Origin: Octopus sinensis | Lineage: Eukaryota | Direction of reading: 5' to 3' | DNA: 64,000 bases | NCBI RefSeq assembly: GCF_006345805.1 | Contig: NC_043003.1 | Span: 38,998,001 to 39,062,000 of the forward strand | Shown here: positions 51,874-64,000 of the stretch, one piece after another | Layout of the letters: each line of letters opens with the position of its first letter | Position numbering within the stretch: the first letter of the stretch is position 1 | Made by a program: the position numbers and the translations under genes | The notes under the pieces: model-generated | Told to the model about the DNA's origin: nothing | What the model saw: only the letters and a program-made list of their open reading frames with translations | Database searches by the model: none

Positions 51874-52559
51874 TATTATTATCATTATTATTATTATTAT
51901 TATTATTATGAGAGGACATTTCTTATGAGTGAGAGAGCATATGAAATAATACCACATAATCCATTTTTTCCTTTTTAAGTGTCCTTGTAGTTGTAGATAG
52001 CGCCATTTTGCCCTTCTTATGGGCTCCTCAGTACATAACTTGGGATCATGAAATTAGTTGGTCTATGTTCATTTAAAACCTTTAAGAATTATATACGATC
52101 GATTTTCTTTTCTTTTATCTCCCTCTCTTTTTCCATTTTTGCATTATATTTTACTTTATCTTATTTCATCCTATATTGCCTACGCGCGCTATCTTATATT
52201 ACCCTCGTTTTACACAAAAGATTAAGTTATATCACCTCACGTTGCTTAGTATACAGCCTTATATTATCGCATGTTACCCAGAATATACGCATCTGTTACT
52301 CTGTGTTGTCCAGCTGACAACATCTGTTGTCCTGCACACAGTATCTTGATATTCTATAGTACCCTTCACATAATCTTATGTGAGCCCATGTTATCCAGAA
52401 AAGTATCATATGTTATCACATATGAAATATCTTACGTTCATCAACATTTCCCAGCATGTTAACCTGTTCTGCTCAACATATTTTTATCTACGTTCCCCAA
52501 ATTCCACATCAAACTATTTCTTAATATTTCTTCATCATGTTGTCTGTTTGTTTTTCCAG

Positions 52560-52665
52560 TTCGGTTACGATAGCATGATGTTTGGTCGTCTCGACTTCCA
52601 GGATAAAGACAAAAGAATGAGAGATAAGACGATGGAAATGTTATGGCGGGCAAGCGACAGCCTTG
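52560..52665 (+). CDS. MAN2B1: Alpha-mannosidase exon: FGYDSMMFGRLDFQDKDKRMRDKTMEMLWRASDSL(G)
   Basis: Acceptor gtttgtttttccag| and donor CTTG|gtaaga; 106 bp, phase 0 to 1. FGRLD and ExxWRAS motifs. Confidence 0.96.
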
Positions 52666-52734
52666 GTAAGATTTATTAAACCGTCTTCTGATAGCCAACT
52701 CAAACGAAGGACGGATTTGTGACGCACAATTGTG

Positions 52735-52906
52735 TGTGTGTGTTTATGTATGTATGTATATATGTATATGTATGTATGTATGTATATATGTATGTATGTA
52801 TGTATGTATGTGTATGTGTGTATGTATGTATGTATGTATGTATGTGTATGTCTGTATGTATGTATGTATGTATGTACTTATGTATGTATGTATGTATATG
52901 TATATA

Positions 52907-52995
<89 letters not shown>
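52735..52995. repeat. (TATG)n(TA)n microsatellite starting about 70 bp after a donor site
   Basis: Direct inspection. Confidence 0.95.
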
Positions 52996-52998
<3 letters not shown>

Positions 52999-53482
52999 CG
53001 GTGGGGAGATTCGATTTAGTATTAATAGTAAGGAGCTGACGTGGAAGACTCGTGAGAAGGTTGGAAAAAATACTGCTTTGCAATATTTGTCCAAGCACTC
53101 ATCGTTCAGAGTTCAAATCTCGCCGACGTTACCTTTTGAGGTCGATGAAATAAAGTACCAGTTTAGTTGATATAATCAACTAACCACAAGCCTAAGTCAA
53201 GGATCATTAATAAAAATCACAACTTTTAACAAATGCACAAGGTTACACATTTGGCAAGTATGGTGTCTGGATTGAATCAACCCCAGTGCGCAATATGTAC
53301 TCTTAGTCATAGATAAATATGCACCCCCACACATACAGATAGATAGATAGACGCTGTCTATTATGCCGTTAGACTATTAAAGGGATAAATTGATAAAGTG
53401 AATATATGTAGAGTGATATAACGTTTGTTGTTGCTGACAAATCACCGAACTGTATCCTACTTGCTGTTTTATTTGTTCATAG

Positions 53483-53580
53483 GCAGGAAGGCAAACCTGT
53501 TCACGTCGGCCATGTTTAACAACTACAACTACCCCAATGGACTTTGCTGGGATGAATTCTGTCGACAGGATCCTATTGTG
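53483..53580 (+). CDS. MAN2B1: Alpha-mannosidase exon: (G)RKANLFTSAMFNNYNYPNGLCWDEFCRQDPIV
   Basis: Acceptor ttttatttgttcatag| and donor GTG|gtgagt; 98 bp, phase 1 to 0. Contains LFT and CWD..C..P. Too short to appear in the ORF track. Confidence 0.93.
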
Positions 53581-55059
53581 GTGAGTACACATCGCTATTG
53601 ATTTTTACACTATATACTGAGTTTTAGATGCTACTTCATGGTATCCTTTGTTTTAACATCTCCGTTGTAAAAGTAGAAATGGTTGACCAATCTGGTAAGG
53701 CAATAGGTTATTAATTGAGAGATTGCCGTTTTGTATTTTATCATTAGCATAATGTTGCCCAAGTACTTAATCCTTAAATGACTCGAAAATACAGGAAGAT
53801 CAGTTAATTATGATTTTGTTCAACACATTCCCCTCTTAGATTTACACATGTATAACGGGAACTGTATATAAGAAGGAACCGAATAACTTTGATTCCTTTA
53901 ATATATCGGCTGAGATAGTATTTATGTAGTTGCTACAGATACTAGAATTAGCAGCTAAGGCACTGTTAAGTCTCATCTTGCCACTTTAAAGAAAGGGAAG
54001 ATACACTGTGTAAGGCGAGCTTACGTACGATATGTTTGAATAAAAGATGAGATAGCCACAACTGGAAGGCGTTTTATCATATGACCGATTTATCAGATCT
54101 GACGTGGGGCTACACAACAAGAATCCTTAGATATATTAGATGGTATTTATATCTTCAATGGTGATATACAGGCTTACAGGAGTTGCGAATCCATACGACT
54201 TTATTCTCTCAATGAAAGCTGGATGAAAATACTGAGAGACTGCAAAATGTTGTTTTTAAAACTCAGGATGCTAGAGTGTCAGATTTTCAGTACTAATCTA
54301 GAATAATCTTACGGCGGTGTTGTATAATTTCTAACATTGAGACACGTTCAAAATATATCTAACTGGTCGACTGAAATTGGAAAGAAAAAGAACCATAAGT
54401 TGATCAAGGTTGAAGACATTCATAAAAATGAAATGACAACAGTTATTCAGGGTAGCGAAACAGAATAGCAAAACACGACTTCAGTCTACCGTGGAATACT
54501 AAGTAAATATGGATAACAAAGGACTCACAGCTACATTTCTATGGGCAATTTCATTTTGCATAATAGATTGAATTTGTCTTTCTGTACTAAAGTAACAGAT
54601 GAAATCAAAACTAGAACTATACGTTTATTCTCGTTTATTATTGATTCATCGATTCATTCATCATTGATCCGGGATAATACGGTACGCTCAGTTGTGAACA
54701 GTGCTGTGCTAATCACGAATTAAATCATAATAATATAAGTCGGTGATCAGTTAAAGATTTTGCTTGGATCACAAAAGTCCGCCTGAATGTTCAGTTATTC
54801 ATAATGCTCAACTATCCACCATGCATTGATTATCGCTCGTGTTTACATAACTGTGCTGCGAGTTTGTATATTTTCTGTATCGATTTACGTACTGGTACTC
54901 ATCAATATACGACCAGTGAACAGAAAAAACAAATTTCACAACACCATATATTTTGGGGATGAAACATCCCCAATTAACGAAGATAGATGTACTGGGTTAG
55001 ATTTATTCCACTATTCTTCCCACCTTTTTACTAATGTAAGAATTTTCATTGTTTTGCAG

Positions 55060-55131
55060 GAGCGTAAAGACCTTCCAGAATATAATGCAAACCACTATCT
55101 GCAGCTTTTTAATAGTGCGGCAGATGAACAG
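55060..55131 (+). CDS. MAN2B1: Alpha-mannosidase exon: ERKDLPEYNANHYLQLFNSAADEQ
   Basis: Branch-like TACTAAT at 55029, acceptor ttgttttgcag| and donor CAG|gtaaat; 72 bp, phase 0 to 0. PEYNA motif as recalled for MAN2B1 (SPEYNA). Confidence 0.92.
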
Positions 55132-56938
55132 GTAAATATTACTATAATTAGTTTGTATTGTGTAACACACTTGTAGTTGAATAATAAACGGATAGTAAAA
55201 GTGCAAACAACAATGGGTAGTGAGCGTGAATGTGAATAACAGTGAATGGTAGCTTTAAACTGATAATATCTCATGTAAACTTGACTATAACTGTGTATGA
55301 AATATCAAATATCAAAGGCAGGCTGTGGTGAATAAAATCATTTTGCAACCGCATGATTTTGAGTTAAGTTTCACTGCGTGGCGGATTAGTAAAGTGTCTT
55401 TTACTATAATCCCAGGTCGACCAATGCCTTGTAAGTGAATTTAGGGGGAGGAAAGGGTGTGTAAGTCCGTCGTATATATATATATGTGTGTGTGTGTGTG
55501 TTGTGTGTGTGTATTATCCGAAGTGTACTGTATTATATATCCATTACCACCGATCTTACCAATCGGTTTCGCGCTAGGGATTCAACGGAGTGTAAGGTAA
55601 CAAGCTGATTATGTAACCCTGCGCTCATCAGAGGGAGCCGTTATGGAATGAAATATGGCGACTGCACTCTGTTGTTGGAGGTGAAGACACATCCGGTTTG
55701 TGGTTGCTGTCAAAAAAGATGATTAAACGAAACGATTGAGTTAAGAGTTACGCCCCTTGGTAGCAAAACATCGCTAGTGGAGTGGTTGTGTTAAAATCGG
55801 TAAGATTTTCCATATCTTTGTATGTGTGTGTGTGTGTGTTCGTGCGTGTGTATGTGCGTGTGTGTTTGCTTGTGTTTGTCCGCTACCATCGCTTGACAAC
55901 TGGCAGTGGTTTGTTTTCCTCCATGTAACATAACGGTTCAGCAAAAGACTGATAGAATAAGTACTAGATTCAAAAAATATACACTGTGGTCGATTTGTGC
56001 TTCAACATGGCTGTAATTCAATGACTGGAACAAGTAAAAGATGAAACAAATACAGTGGTTCTCAAACTGACAGACACAAGCTTCTGCCCCATCAAAAACA
56101 GTAGTGAAATTTTTGGCACTTCCTCCCTTCTTTATTTACGAAAAGTCTGAAGATTTTACATCCATATAATTTTTCGATTACTATGGTATTGGAAAAGAAT
56201 AAAATGTTTAAAGTCATCTTAAGCTTATTTAAATATGGCTATTTGTCCACTTTTCAATCCTCTCAGTCCTGTACCCAGAGGTGCGGTCATGTCTGCATCA
56301 ACGTCGTTATAGGCCCTACCGCTGAGACTTAAAATATTTATTTATTGATAACAAGCTATGGCATACATAAATCTGTATTGATTAGCATTGGGCTCCTTGA
56401 CACGTATGGTAAATGCTCAATGTACCCATAGTTCAACACGGCACTGAGTTGTTTCCCACCTCTTTGAGAAACGCCGAGAGTTTATACATTACTATTTACG
56501 TAGTTATCATTCAACACTTTAATCCCTATTTTCTGTTATTCTTGTTATTTCTTTGATGTCTCCGAATATATTTCACTAAAGTGCATTGACAAAGTCTGTT
56601 GTGTTGTTCATACCAGACTTTATGTTTGTTACCTGCATCTCATTAGAACATCGGACAAACTGCCAAGCACGAGGTATTTGTTCCTTTTTTAAATCAAATT
56701 TCTGAGTTCAAATGCTACCAAGGTCAACTTTATCTTTCGCCCTTTCCTAGTTGACAAAATAAATACGAGCTGAGTCCTGGGGTCGATGTACGCAAGCCAC
56801 TACGTTCCGAGTTCAAATTCCGTCAAGGTTGCCATTACTTTTCATCTTTTCGGGGTCGATAAAATTAGTACCAGTTTAACACTGGGGTCAGCTCATCCCA
56901 TCCTCTCAATTTGCTGCCCTTGTGGCAAAATTTGAAAC

Positions 56939-57032
<94 letters not shown>

Positions 57033-57224
57033 GTTGTTGTTGTTGTTGTTGTTGTTAGTGCTGTTTTTATTGTTCAACATTTGATAGTTTCAGGAAAATT
57101 TCTACTGCGTCACCTGATACATCTCCTTGTTGTTGGATGTGTGCAGTAGCATTGTCTTTTTTTGTTGGGAGTGTGCAAACTCTCGCTCTAATTGAATTGC
57201 GTCAGTTTTTTTGTATGGGGTGTG

Positions 57225-57275
<51 letters not shown>

Positions 57276-58026
57276 GTTATTATTATTATTGTTATTGTTA
57301 TTATTACATGAATTCATCAGAGAGAGAAAAGCAAAGCCAATGACCTATTTGAGGACATTGGCTCTCGCAGGAGCAAGTTTTTCCTCGACCATGTCTCTGG
57401 CATGAATACTTACAACAGAGCGCTCTCCGCTAAAGGCATCCAGGAACCGAAGTGAGGGGAGGTTGAGATTTATATTGGACTACGAATTAAGTCTGCTAGA
57501 GGAACATAACGGATAAGGAAGGATTAGTGTTCATGGTCTTTGTAATCTATTACTAATCGATGAGATCGATTTGGTTAAGTTTGAATATCTGTTGACGAGA
57601 TCTATATGGTTCACTTTAAATATCTAAAGGTGAAATCGATAAAGTTCCCTTTGAATGGCCGCTGGTTAGTGTCCGTAGAAATATATATTGGTGTGCAGCA
57701 AATCCATGTGGATTCTGGCTAGGAAGAATTTGAACAAATATTTAGATGTTCTGGGTGAATGACGCTCAAAAATGATAGAGAAGTAAGGACAATTCATTGA
57801 CGTATCGTGCCGAGCTTCACTCAGCGCCATCCTATGATATGCATCCATCGTAATGGGCTGTTAGAGAAAGTATGGTTGTGAGGTTAAGAAACTCGATTTG
57901 CAGTTTTGAGTTCGATCACGCAACGCCGCATCATCAGTGCCTTCTACAGTAGCCTATTAACATGTTTTTGAGTGAATTTGACGGATGGACGGACAATGAG
58001 TGGAAACGCGTGCGCATATATATATA

Positions 58027-58195
58027 GGCGCACGAGTGGCTGAGTGGTAAGTAGCTTGTTTACCAACCACATGGTTCCGGGTTCAGTCCCACTGCGTGGC
58101 ACCTTGGGCAAGTGTCTTCTACTATAGCCTCGGGCCGACCAAAGCCTTGTGAGTGGATTTGGTAGACGGAAACTGAAAGAAGCCCGTCGTATATA

Positions 58196-58267
<72 letters not shown>

Positions 58268-58418
58268 TGTATCTGTGTTTGTCCCCCTAGCATTGCTTGA
58301 CAACCGATGCTGGTGTGTTTATGTCCCCGTTACTTAGCGGTTCGGCAAAAGAGACCGATAGAATAAGTACTGGGCTTACTAAAGAATAAGTCTCGGGGTC
58401 GGGTTGCTCGATTAAAGG
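58027..58418 (+). mobile_element. SINE family A copy, tail cut off by the foldback element
   Basis: Near-consensus copy; sequence diverges after ttaaagg. Confidence 0.9.
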
Positions 58419-58449
58419 TGATGGTGTTTCTACGCAGGAAAAAATAAAG

Positions 58450-59128
58450 GAAAATGTATTGTTGAAAATGCACCTAAATTTCAAAACCTCATAAATGTTT
58501 AAAATGCATTTATTTACGTATATACCAAACTAGCTGCAACAATATTTTTTTGTTTATCAATGGTAAAAGTTTAAAATTAGAAAAACATATTTAAAAGTTT
58601 CAATGTTGACAAATTAAAATGTTTTAATGTTGATAAATTAACATGTTCAAAACAGGTGTGAGTTTAATGTTCATAGTAGTCAATGAAATTAAAAGTGTAT
58701 ATCAATTTGTTTGAATGCACAAAGTTAATTTGTTTTTGTGGTGGTCGACAAATCATACTGTCAACATTGAAACTTTTAAAGATGGTTTTCTAATTTTGAA
58801 AATTTTACCGTTGATAAACAAAAAAATATTGCTGAAACTAGTTTGGTATATAACGGGAAGCTTTATGAAAATAAACAAAAGACGAAGGCAGGTGGAATAC
58901 AAACAAACAATTGTATTAGTATGGCGCTCAGGAATATAAATAAAACAAGTCTTTTACGTTTCGAGCCTACGCTCTTCAACAGAAAGATACACAGAAAAGA
59001 AACACAGAAAGAAACAAGGAGAGAAAAAAATGCATGCAGAAGCTAGCGAATCAACATGGCGGTAAATATATGTATTTTAAACGTTTAGGAGTTTTGAAAT
59101 TTAGGTGCATTTTCAACAACACATTTTC
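58450..59128. mobile_element. AT-rich foldback element with a 206-bp hammerhead-bearing insertion in its right arm
   Basis: 58450-58611 pairs with 58759-58856 plus 59062-59128. Confidence 0.85.
58951..58986 (-). ncRNA. Minimal hammerhead-like motif (core CUGUUGA, GUA triplet)
   Basis: CUUU-CUGUUGA-A-GAGC-GUAG-GCUC-GAAA-CG-UA-AAAG: all three stems are formable; A6 is replaced by U. Confidence 0.65.
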
Positions 59129-59177
59129 ATATATATATATATATTTAAATATCGATATTATCCTTATTTATAAATAT

Positions 59178-59217
<40 letters not shown>

Positions 59218-59325
59218 TACCTTTGGATATCCTTGTTGCTTATTTTGAGTATATATATCTGCTTGAGAGATTAATGTTATCTTCATAACAATTGAATTCA
59301 CGTTGAGTTTATATTTTCTATTCAG

Positions 59326-59442
59326 GCAGATTCCTATGCTACCAACCACATTATTTTCACAATGGGAGCCGACTTTCAGTACACGAACGCCGAGAGTTGG
59401 TTCACAAACCTGGACAAACTGATTAAGATCGTCAATGAGCAG
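59326..59442 (+). CDS. MAN2B1: Alpha-mannosidase exon: [39 protein letters not shown]
   Basis: Acceptor ttttctattcag| and donor CAG|gtaaga; 117 bp, phase 0 to 0. Contains the acid/base motif TMGxDFQY and WFxNLDKLI. Confidence 0.97.
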
Positions 59443-59772
59443 GTAAGACAAAATATATTAAATTTACTTTTGCAAATTACTTATTTTCTGCATACGGTAT
59501 ACACACGTTGCCTGTTCTAGATAAAAGGACGGGAGGTAATTTCAACTCGTCAACAGATGTACAAATTCTTCATTGAGAACTTCATGGAAGACTTCCCCTC
59601 CCCGACTCTTGTGTGACAGATGACAACCGACATGCTTTACCATGTATGTTGCTTAAATTTTCTGAATGTTTTTCAAAGATGCTGCTAGGGTCACATAACG
59701 GAACGAAACTACGTTTCGGAAATGTGATATTGAGCCCTGTAACTGTTTATGTTTTTGCACCACAAGTGAAAA

Positions 59773-59774
<2 letters not shown>

Positions 59775-59867
<93 letters not shown>

Positions 59868-60407
59868 TTATCTATCTATCTATCTGTCTGTCTGTCTGTC
59901 TGTCGGTCCATACATACATGCATGCATGCATACACGCACATACATTCATACATACATACACACATACATGCATATATACATACACACATACATGCATACA
60001 TGCATGCATGCATACATGCATTATACATGCATACATATATACATACATAGATGCAAGCATGCATACATACATACACATGTATACACATGCATGCATACAT
60101 CATACATGTATACATGTATGCATATATACATGCATACATACATCATACCTGTATATATTCATACATACATGCCAGTATGCATACATACGTATATACACAC
60201 ATACATACATACATACATACATACATACATACATACGTGTGTGTGTGTGTGTGTGTGTGTGCGTGCGTGTGCGTGTGTGTATACACGTGGTTGTGTGGCG
60301 CAGCAAGACATTCGTTTCTCATCCCACATAATTCCGGGTTCAGTCTATTATATCCCTGACCGTCCAAACCGTAGTGAATGGATTCACTGACGGAAGCTTA
60401 CATACGT

Positions 60408-60495
<88 letters not shown>

Positions 60496-60778
60496 ATCAC
60501 ACAGATGACTGTATGACTGAATTATAATACTGAACCCGGAACTATGTGAGATGTATATACATGTGGGAAGTATATATATATATATATATATATATAGGTG
60601 TATGTATATGTGTATGTGCGTGTGTGTATGTATGTGTGAGTGTGTGTGTGTATGTGTGTGTGTCTACATATCAAAGACGCATTAACCAATATATCTTGCT
60701 TTCTCATATTAGTCTCTATCAACATCAATATGTTGGTATTGAACGCATCATAGGCATACAACATACACACACACACAC

Positions 60779-60852
<74 letters not shown>

Positions 60853-60880
60853 TGCATGCACGAACACATTGAAAGAACTG
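59775..60880. repeat. Compound (TCTA)/(TACA,TGCA)/(TG)/(CA) microsatellite field with SINE A head remnants
   Basis: Direct inspection. Confidence 0.9.
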
Positions 60881-61599
60881 ATATAGCGAAAAAAAATAAA
60901 GGGCTTGTCGGAAGCAGGTCGTAACATTGTTAGTCATCGAAAATTTGATTGGTTGCCAAACGACCAATCAATCAGTCAGCAAACGTATTATACTTTTACC
61001 TATTTAATCGTTATGCACAGAACATATATATATATATTCATCTATTCACATGTAGAAACATGCAATATTTTTCAGATCTTTAATGTAATATATCTAAAGC
61101 TTATAAAATCAAGGAAGATCACTATTGTTCATATTGTTTTATTGCTGACAAAACAGTTATATTCTTTTTCAGTATTTAAACGTATTTTAGGATATGGTAA
61201 CTGTATTATGTGTGTAATAAATTATTTCAGTCATTTGAGTGTTGGACATTTCTCAGGGAATTTTGATGGAAGTATTTGCAATAATGTATTGTTGTACTTG
61301 ATTATGGTCATCTTTTTGCCAATAAACTTGTGCATAGAATATATATTTGATCTTCACTTTTTTATTACTACTACAAAAGGCGGCGAGTGGCAGAATCGTT
61401 AGCACATAGCAATATTTCGTCCGTATTTATGTTCTGAGTTCAAATTCCGCTGAGGTCAACTTTGCCTTTCATCCTTTAGCGGTCGATAAAATAACTACCA
61501 TCATCCTTTAGCGGTCGATAAAATAACTACCAGTGAAACACTGGGGCCGATGTAATCGACTAGTTTCCTCCCCCAAAATTTTAAACCTTGTAGTAGTCC

Positions 61600-61644
61600 A
61601 CGCTCTTAACCCCAAGATTCCGAGTTCGATTCCATGCAGTGACT

Positions 61645-61723
<79 letters not shown>

Positions 61724-61940
61724 TAACAATAATAACAACAACAAGAGCAACAACAAGAACAACAACATCGAAAAGTACCTTAGGAATGAGAACCCAGGTT
61801 TGAAATTTCCCCAAGACACCCGATGAAGGCTGGAGGATATATCAGCCGAAACGTTGTGTTAACAGCAAACAACATGAAGACAAATATCCCGTCAATTGTA
61901 AATAATGTACATAGTTCTTCATCTCTTAAATATAGAACTG
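61600..61940 (+). mobile_element. Penelope pLTR-like segment: tRNA-like 3' half + (AAT/AAC)n + hammerhead motif (61815-61860, core CCGAUGA, GUU)
   Basis: Shares taaccccaagattccgagttcgattcca with 45306-45334 and the hammerhead region with 44652-44811. Confidence 0.8.
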
Positions 61941-62099
61941 TAGCATTTCGTTCGTCTTCACGTTCTGAGTTCAAATTTCGCCAAGGTCGACTTTGCCTCT
62001 TATCCTTTCGGAATTGATAAATTAAGTCCCAGTAAAACCCAGGAGTCGATGTAATCGACTAGTTCTCTCACCACAAATTTCAGGTCCTCATCCAATCGG

Positions 62100-62745
62100 A
62101 CAGTGCGATAGGTGGAACGTCTACTTTAGCCTTTTATAAAGGATCAGTGGAGGAAAAGTGCGAGGATGTTCTTGGCGGGGTGGGATGGGGACCTTGGTTG
62201 GGCATCGAAGAAGATCAGCTAGTCGCTCTTTTCTGTAGAACTTTCGGACCGAGATCGATGGATAATTTCCAAAATTCTCTGGCCTGGCAGTGCTACCGGG
62301 GAGCTTTGCCTGTTCGAGATAAACTTTATAGGCACAGAAGTGCCATCAGCCGAGCATTTCCGAGACGGTCTTGCATTCACTTGTCCAGTGCCCGAACATT
62401 GCTGACCTATGGGTATATGTCGAACACTTGCTGTCGCGTGTGGGACAGATCCGGCTGTCAGCTGAATCCATTGTGAAGATCTCCTCGCCGCCTTCCTTTA
62501 GCCAGGAAGGAAAGGCTATTTTTATATGTCTGGTGGCCATGGCGAAAGAGGTTGTATGGTGGACGAGATTGAAGGGGCTGAAGACAAACACTTTTCACTT
62601 TGGCCAGTTCCTGATGAACTACTTGAAAAGGAAAATAAGGGTAGAGAGGGAAGTATTATCTTCTAGCCAGTTTGCTGACAGCTTGATGAAAGTGGCGAGA
62701 ATGGGGCGAGTGAATGGGTCTGCCCTGAGCATACGCCAGTAGTTG
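62100..62745 (+). mobile_element. Tx1/L1-type LINE ORF2 C-terminal relic (zf-RVT region)
   Basis: DNFQNSLAWQCYRGALPVRDKLYRH...LVQCPNIADLWVYVEHLL...LVAMAKEVVWWTRLKG; internal deletions. Confidence 0.85.
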
Positions 62746-63224
62746 AGGAAAAAAAGGAAAGGAATAAAGATACTTACCCCATAGATTTTATTGGATTTTC
62801 CCATGAGCAGCCCTCAAACGTCTCCTCTATATTGAGGACTGCACATTGTTGATTTAAAAAAAAATTGTTAGTCTTATTTACACGCAAAACCCTCACAACA
62901 CACACTCACACACATACACACGCTCATTCTTTGTTTTGTCATGTGCTGTCCATAATGTAAAATTGTTGTGGTTAATAAAGAAATTATTATTATTATTATT
63001 ATTATATTATTATCATTACGAAAGCAGCGAGTCAGCAGAATCGCTAGCACGCCGAGATAAATGCCTAGCAGCATTTCGTCCATCTTCAGGTTCTGAGTTC
63101 AAATTCCACCGAGGTCGGCTTTACCTTTAATCCTTCTGGGGTCGATAAACTAGGTACCAGTTGAGTACTGGGGTCGATGTAATCGACTCAACACCTCTCT
63201 CGGAATTGCTGGCCTTGTGCCAAA

Positions 63225-63270
<46 letters not shown>

Positions 63271-64000
63271 TATTAGATTATTTGTCAGTGTTCTTTCGTC
63301 ACACATTTTGTGTCCTCTTCAACGACTTTCTGTCTCTCGTGTCTCCTTTTTGCCTTGTCTATTCCATTTTGTCTTTTTGTTTCAACACCTGATTTCTCAT
63401 GAAGAATCTTGCAAAACAAATGCATAGATGTATCTGCAATAACTTACCAATTCCGATCTATTGTTCAAAATCGCAAAGGCTGTAATAAAGATATTACACG
63501 TTCTTGAGAGGCGAGGAACATCATCTGCCAAATTCACTAACGTAAGCGACCGTGAGTTTATAAAGGACTAATTTGTTGTAATTGTTGAAAAGCTAGTGGC
63601 CGGTTGGTTTGGGCGTCGCATTCATGATCGTAGTTTCGATTCCCGGACCGGGCGTTGCGTCGTGTTTATGAGCAAAATACTTCATTTCAAGTTGCACCTG
63701 TCTACTCAGCTGTAAATGAGTTCCAGCAACAGCTGAGAAACTAATCATGCAACGGACCGGCGTCCCATTTCAGGGCGAGTGTTGTTTTAACCCAGTCCCT
63801 TAAAGGCCAAGGAAACCAGTTTAAGTGCCGGTCTAATGAGTCTTCCAAAAGATCGTAAAGAACGAAATGATTTTATGCTATCCCTTTTTTGAATTCCATT
63901 AAACTTCCGTTATGGCATAACAGTTATATTAGCTATGACGTACTTCTATGACATAGATGAAATTTTATATTTTGCTTTGAAAATCCCGACTTCTTTCTGA

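Overview
Eukaryotic, AT-rich, microsatellite-saturated genomic DNA, most likely from an octopod cephalopod (inferred from the repeat families, not proven). One host gene is recognisable: seven consecutive in-frame coding exons (41845-59442, + strand, 864 bp, 288 codons) of a GH38 lysosomal-type alpha-mannosidase (MAN2B1-like), with the Zn-ligand, nucleophile and acid/base motifs present. Its first exon was not found, and the missing downstream exons were not found in the window. Everything else is transposon debris: three or four tRNA-derived SINE families; RTE/BovB, CR1, L2/Crack, Tx1 and R4/Dong LINE relics; Penelope-like GIY-YIG fragments; a DD36E Tc1 element cut by a 100-N gap; two copies of a mariner derivative built from two 5' ends; and hAT and foldback MITEs. 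The most interesting layer is non-coding. At least seven minimal type I hammerhead ribozyme motifs can be folded by eye. They include a near-perfect ~170-bp-arm palindrome carrying one intact hammerhead on each strand (20369-20714), and a Penelope-like element whose terminal region appears to join a tRNA-like Pol III promoter, an (AAT)n tract and a hammerhead. Almost all long ORFs in the supplied track are microsatellite artefacts. Repeat family names come from recalled consensus motifs and need database confirmation.
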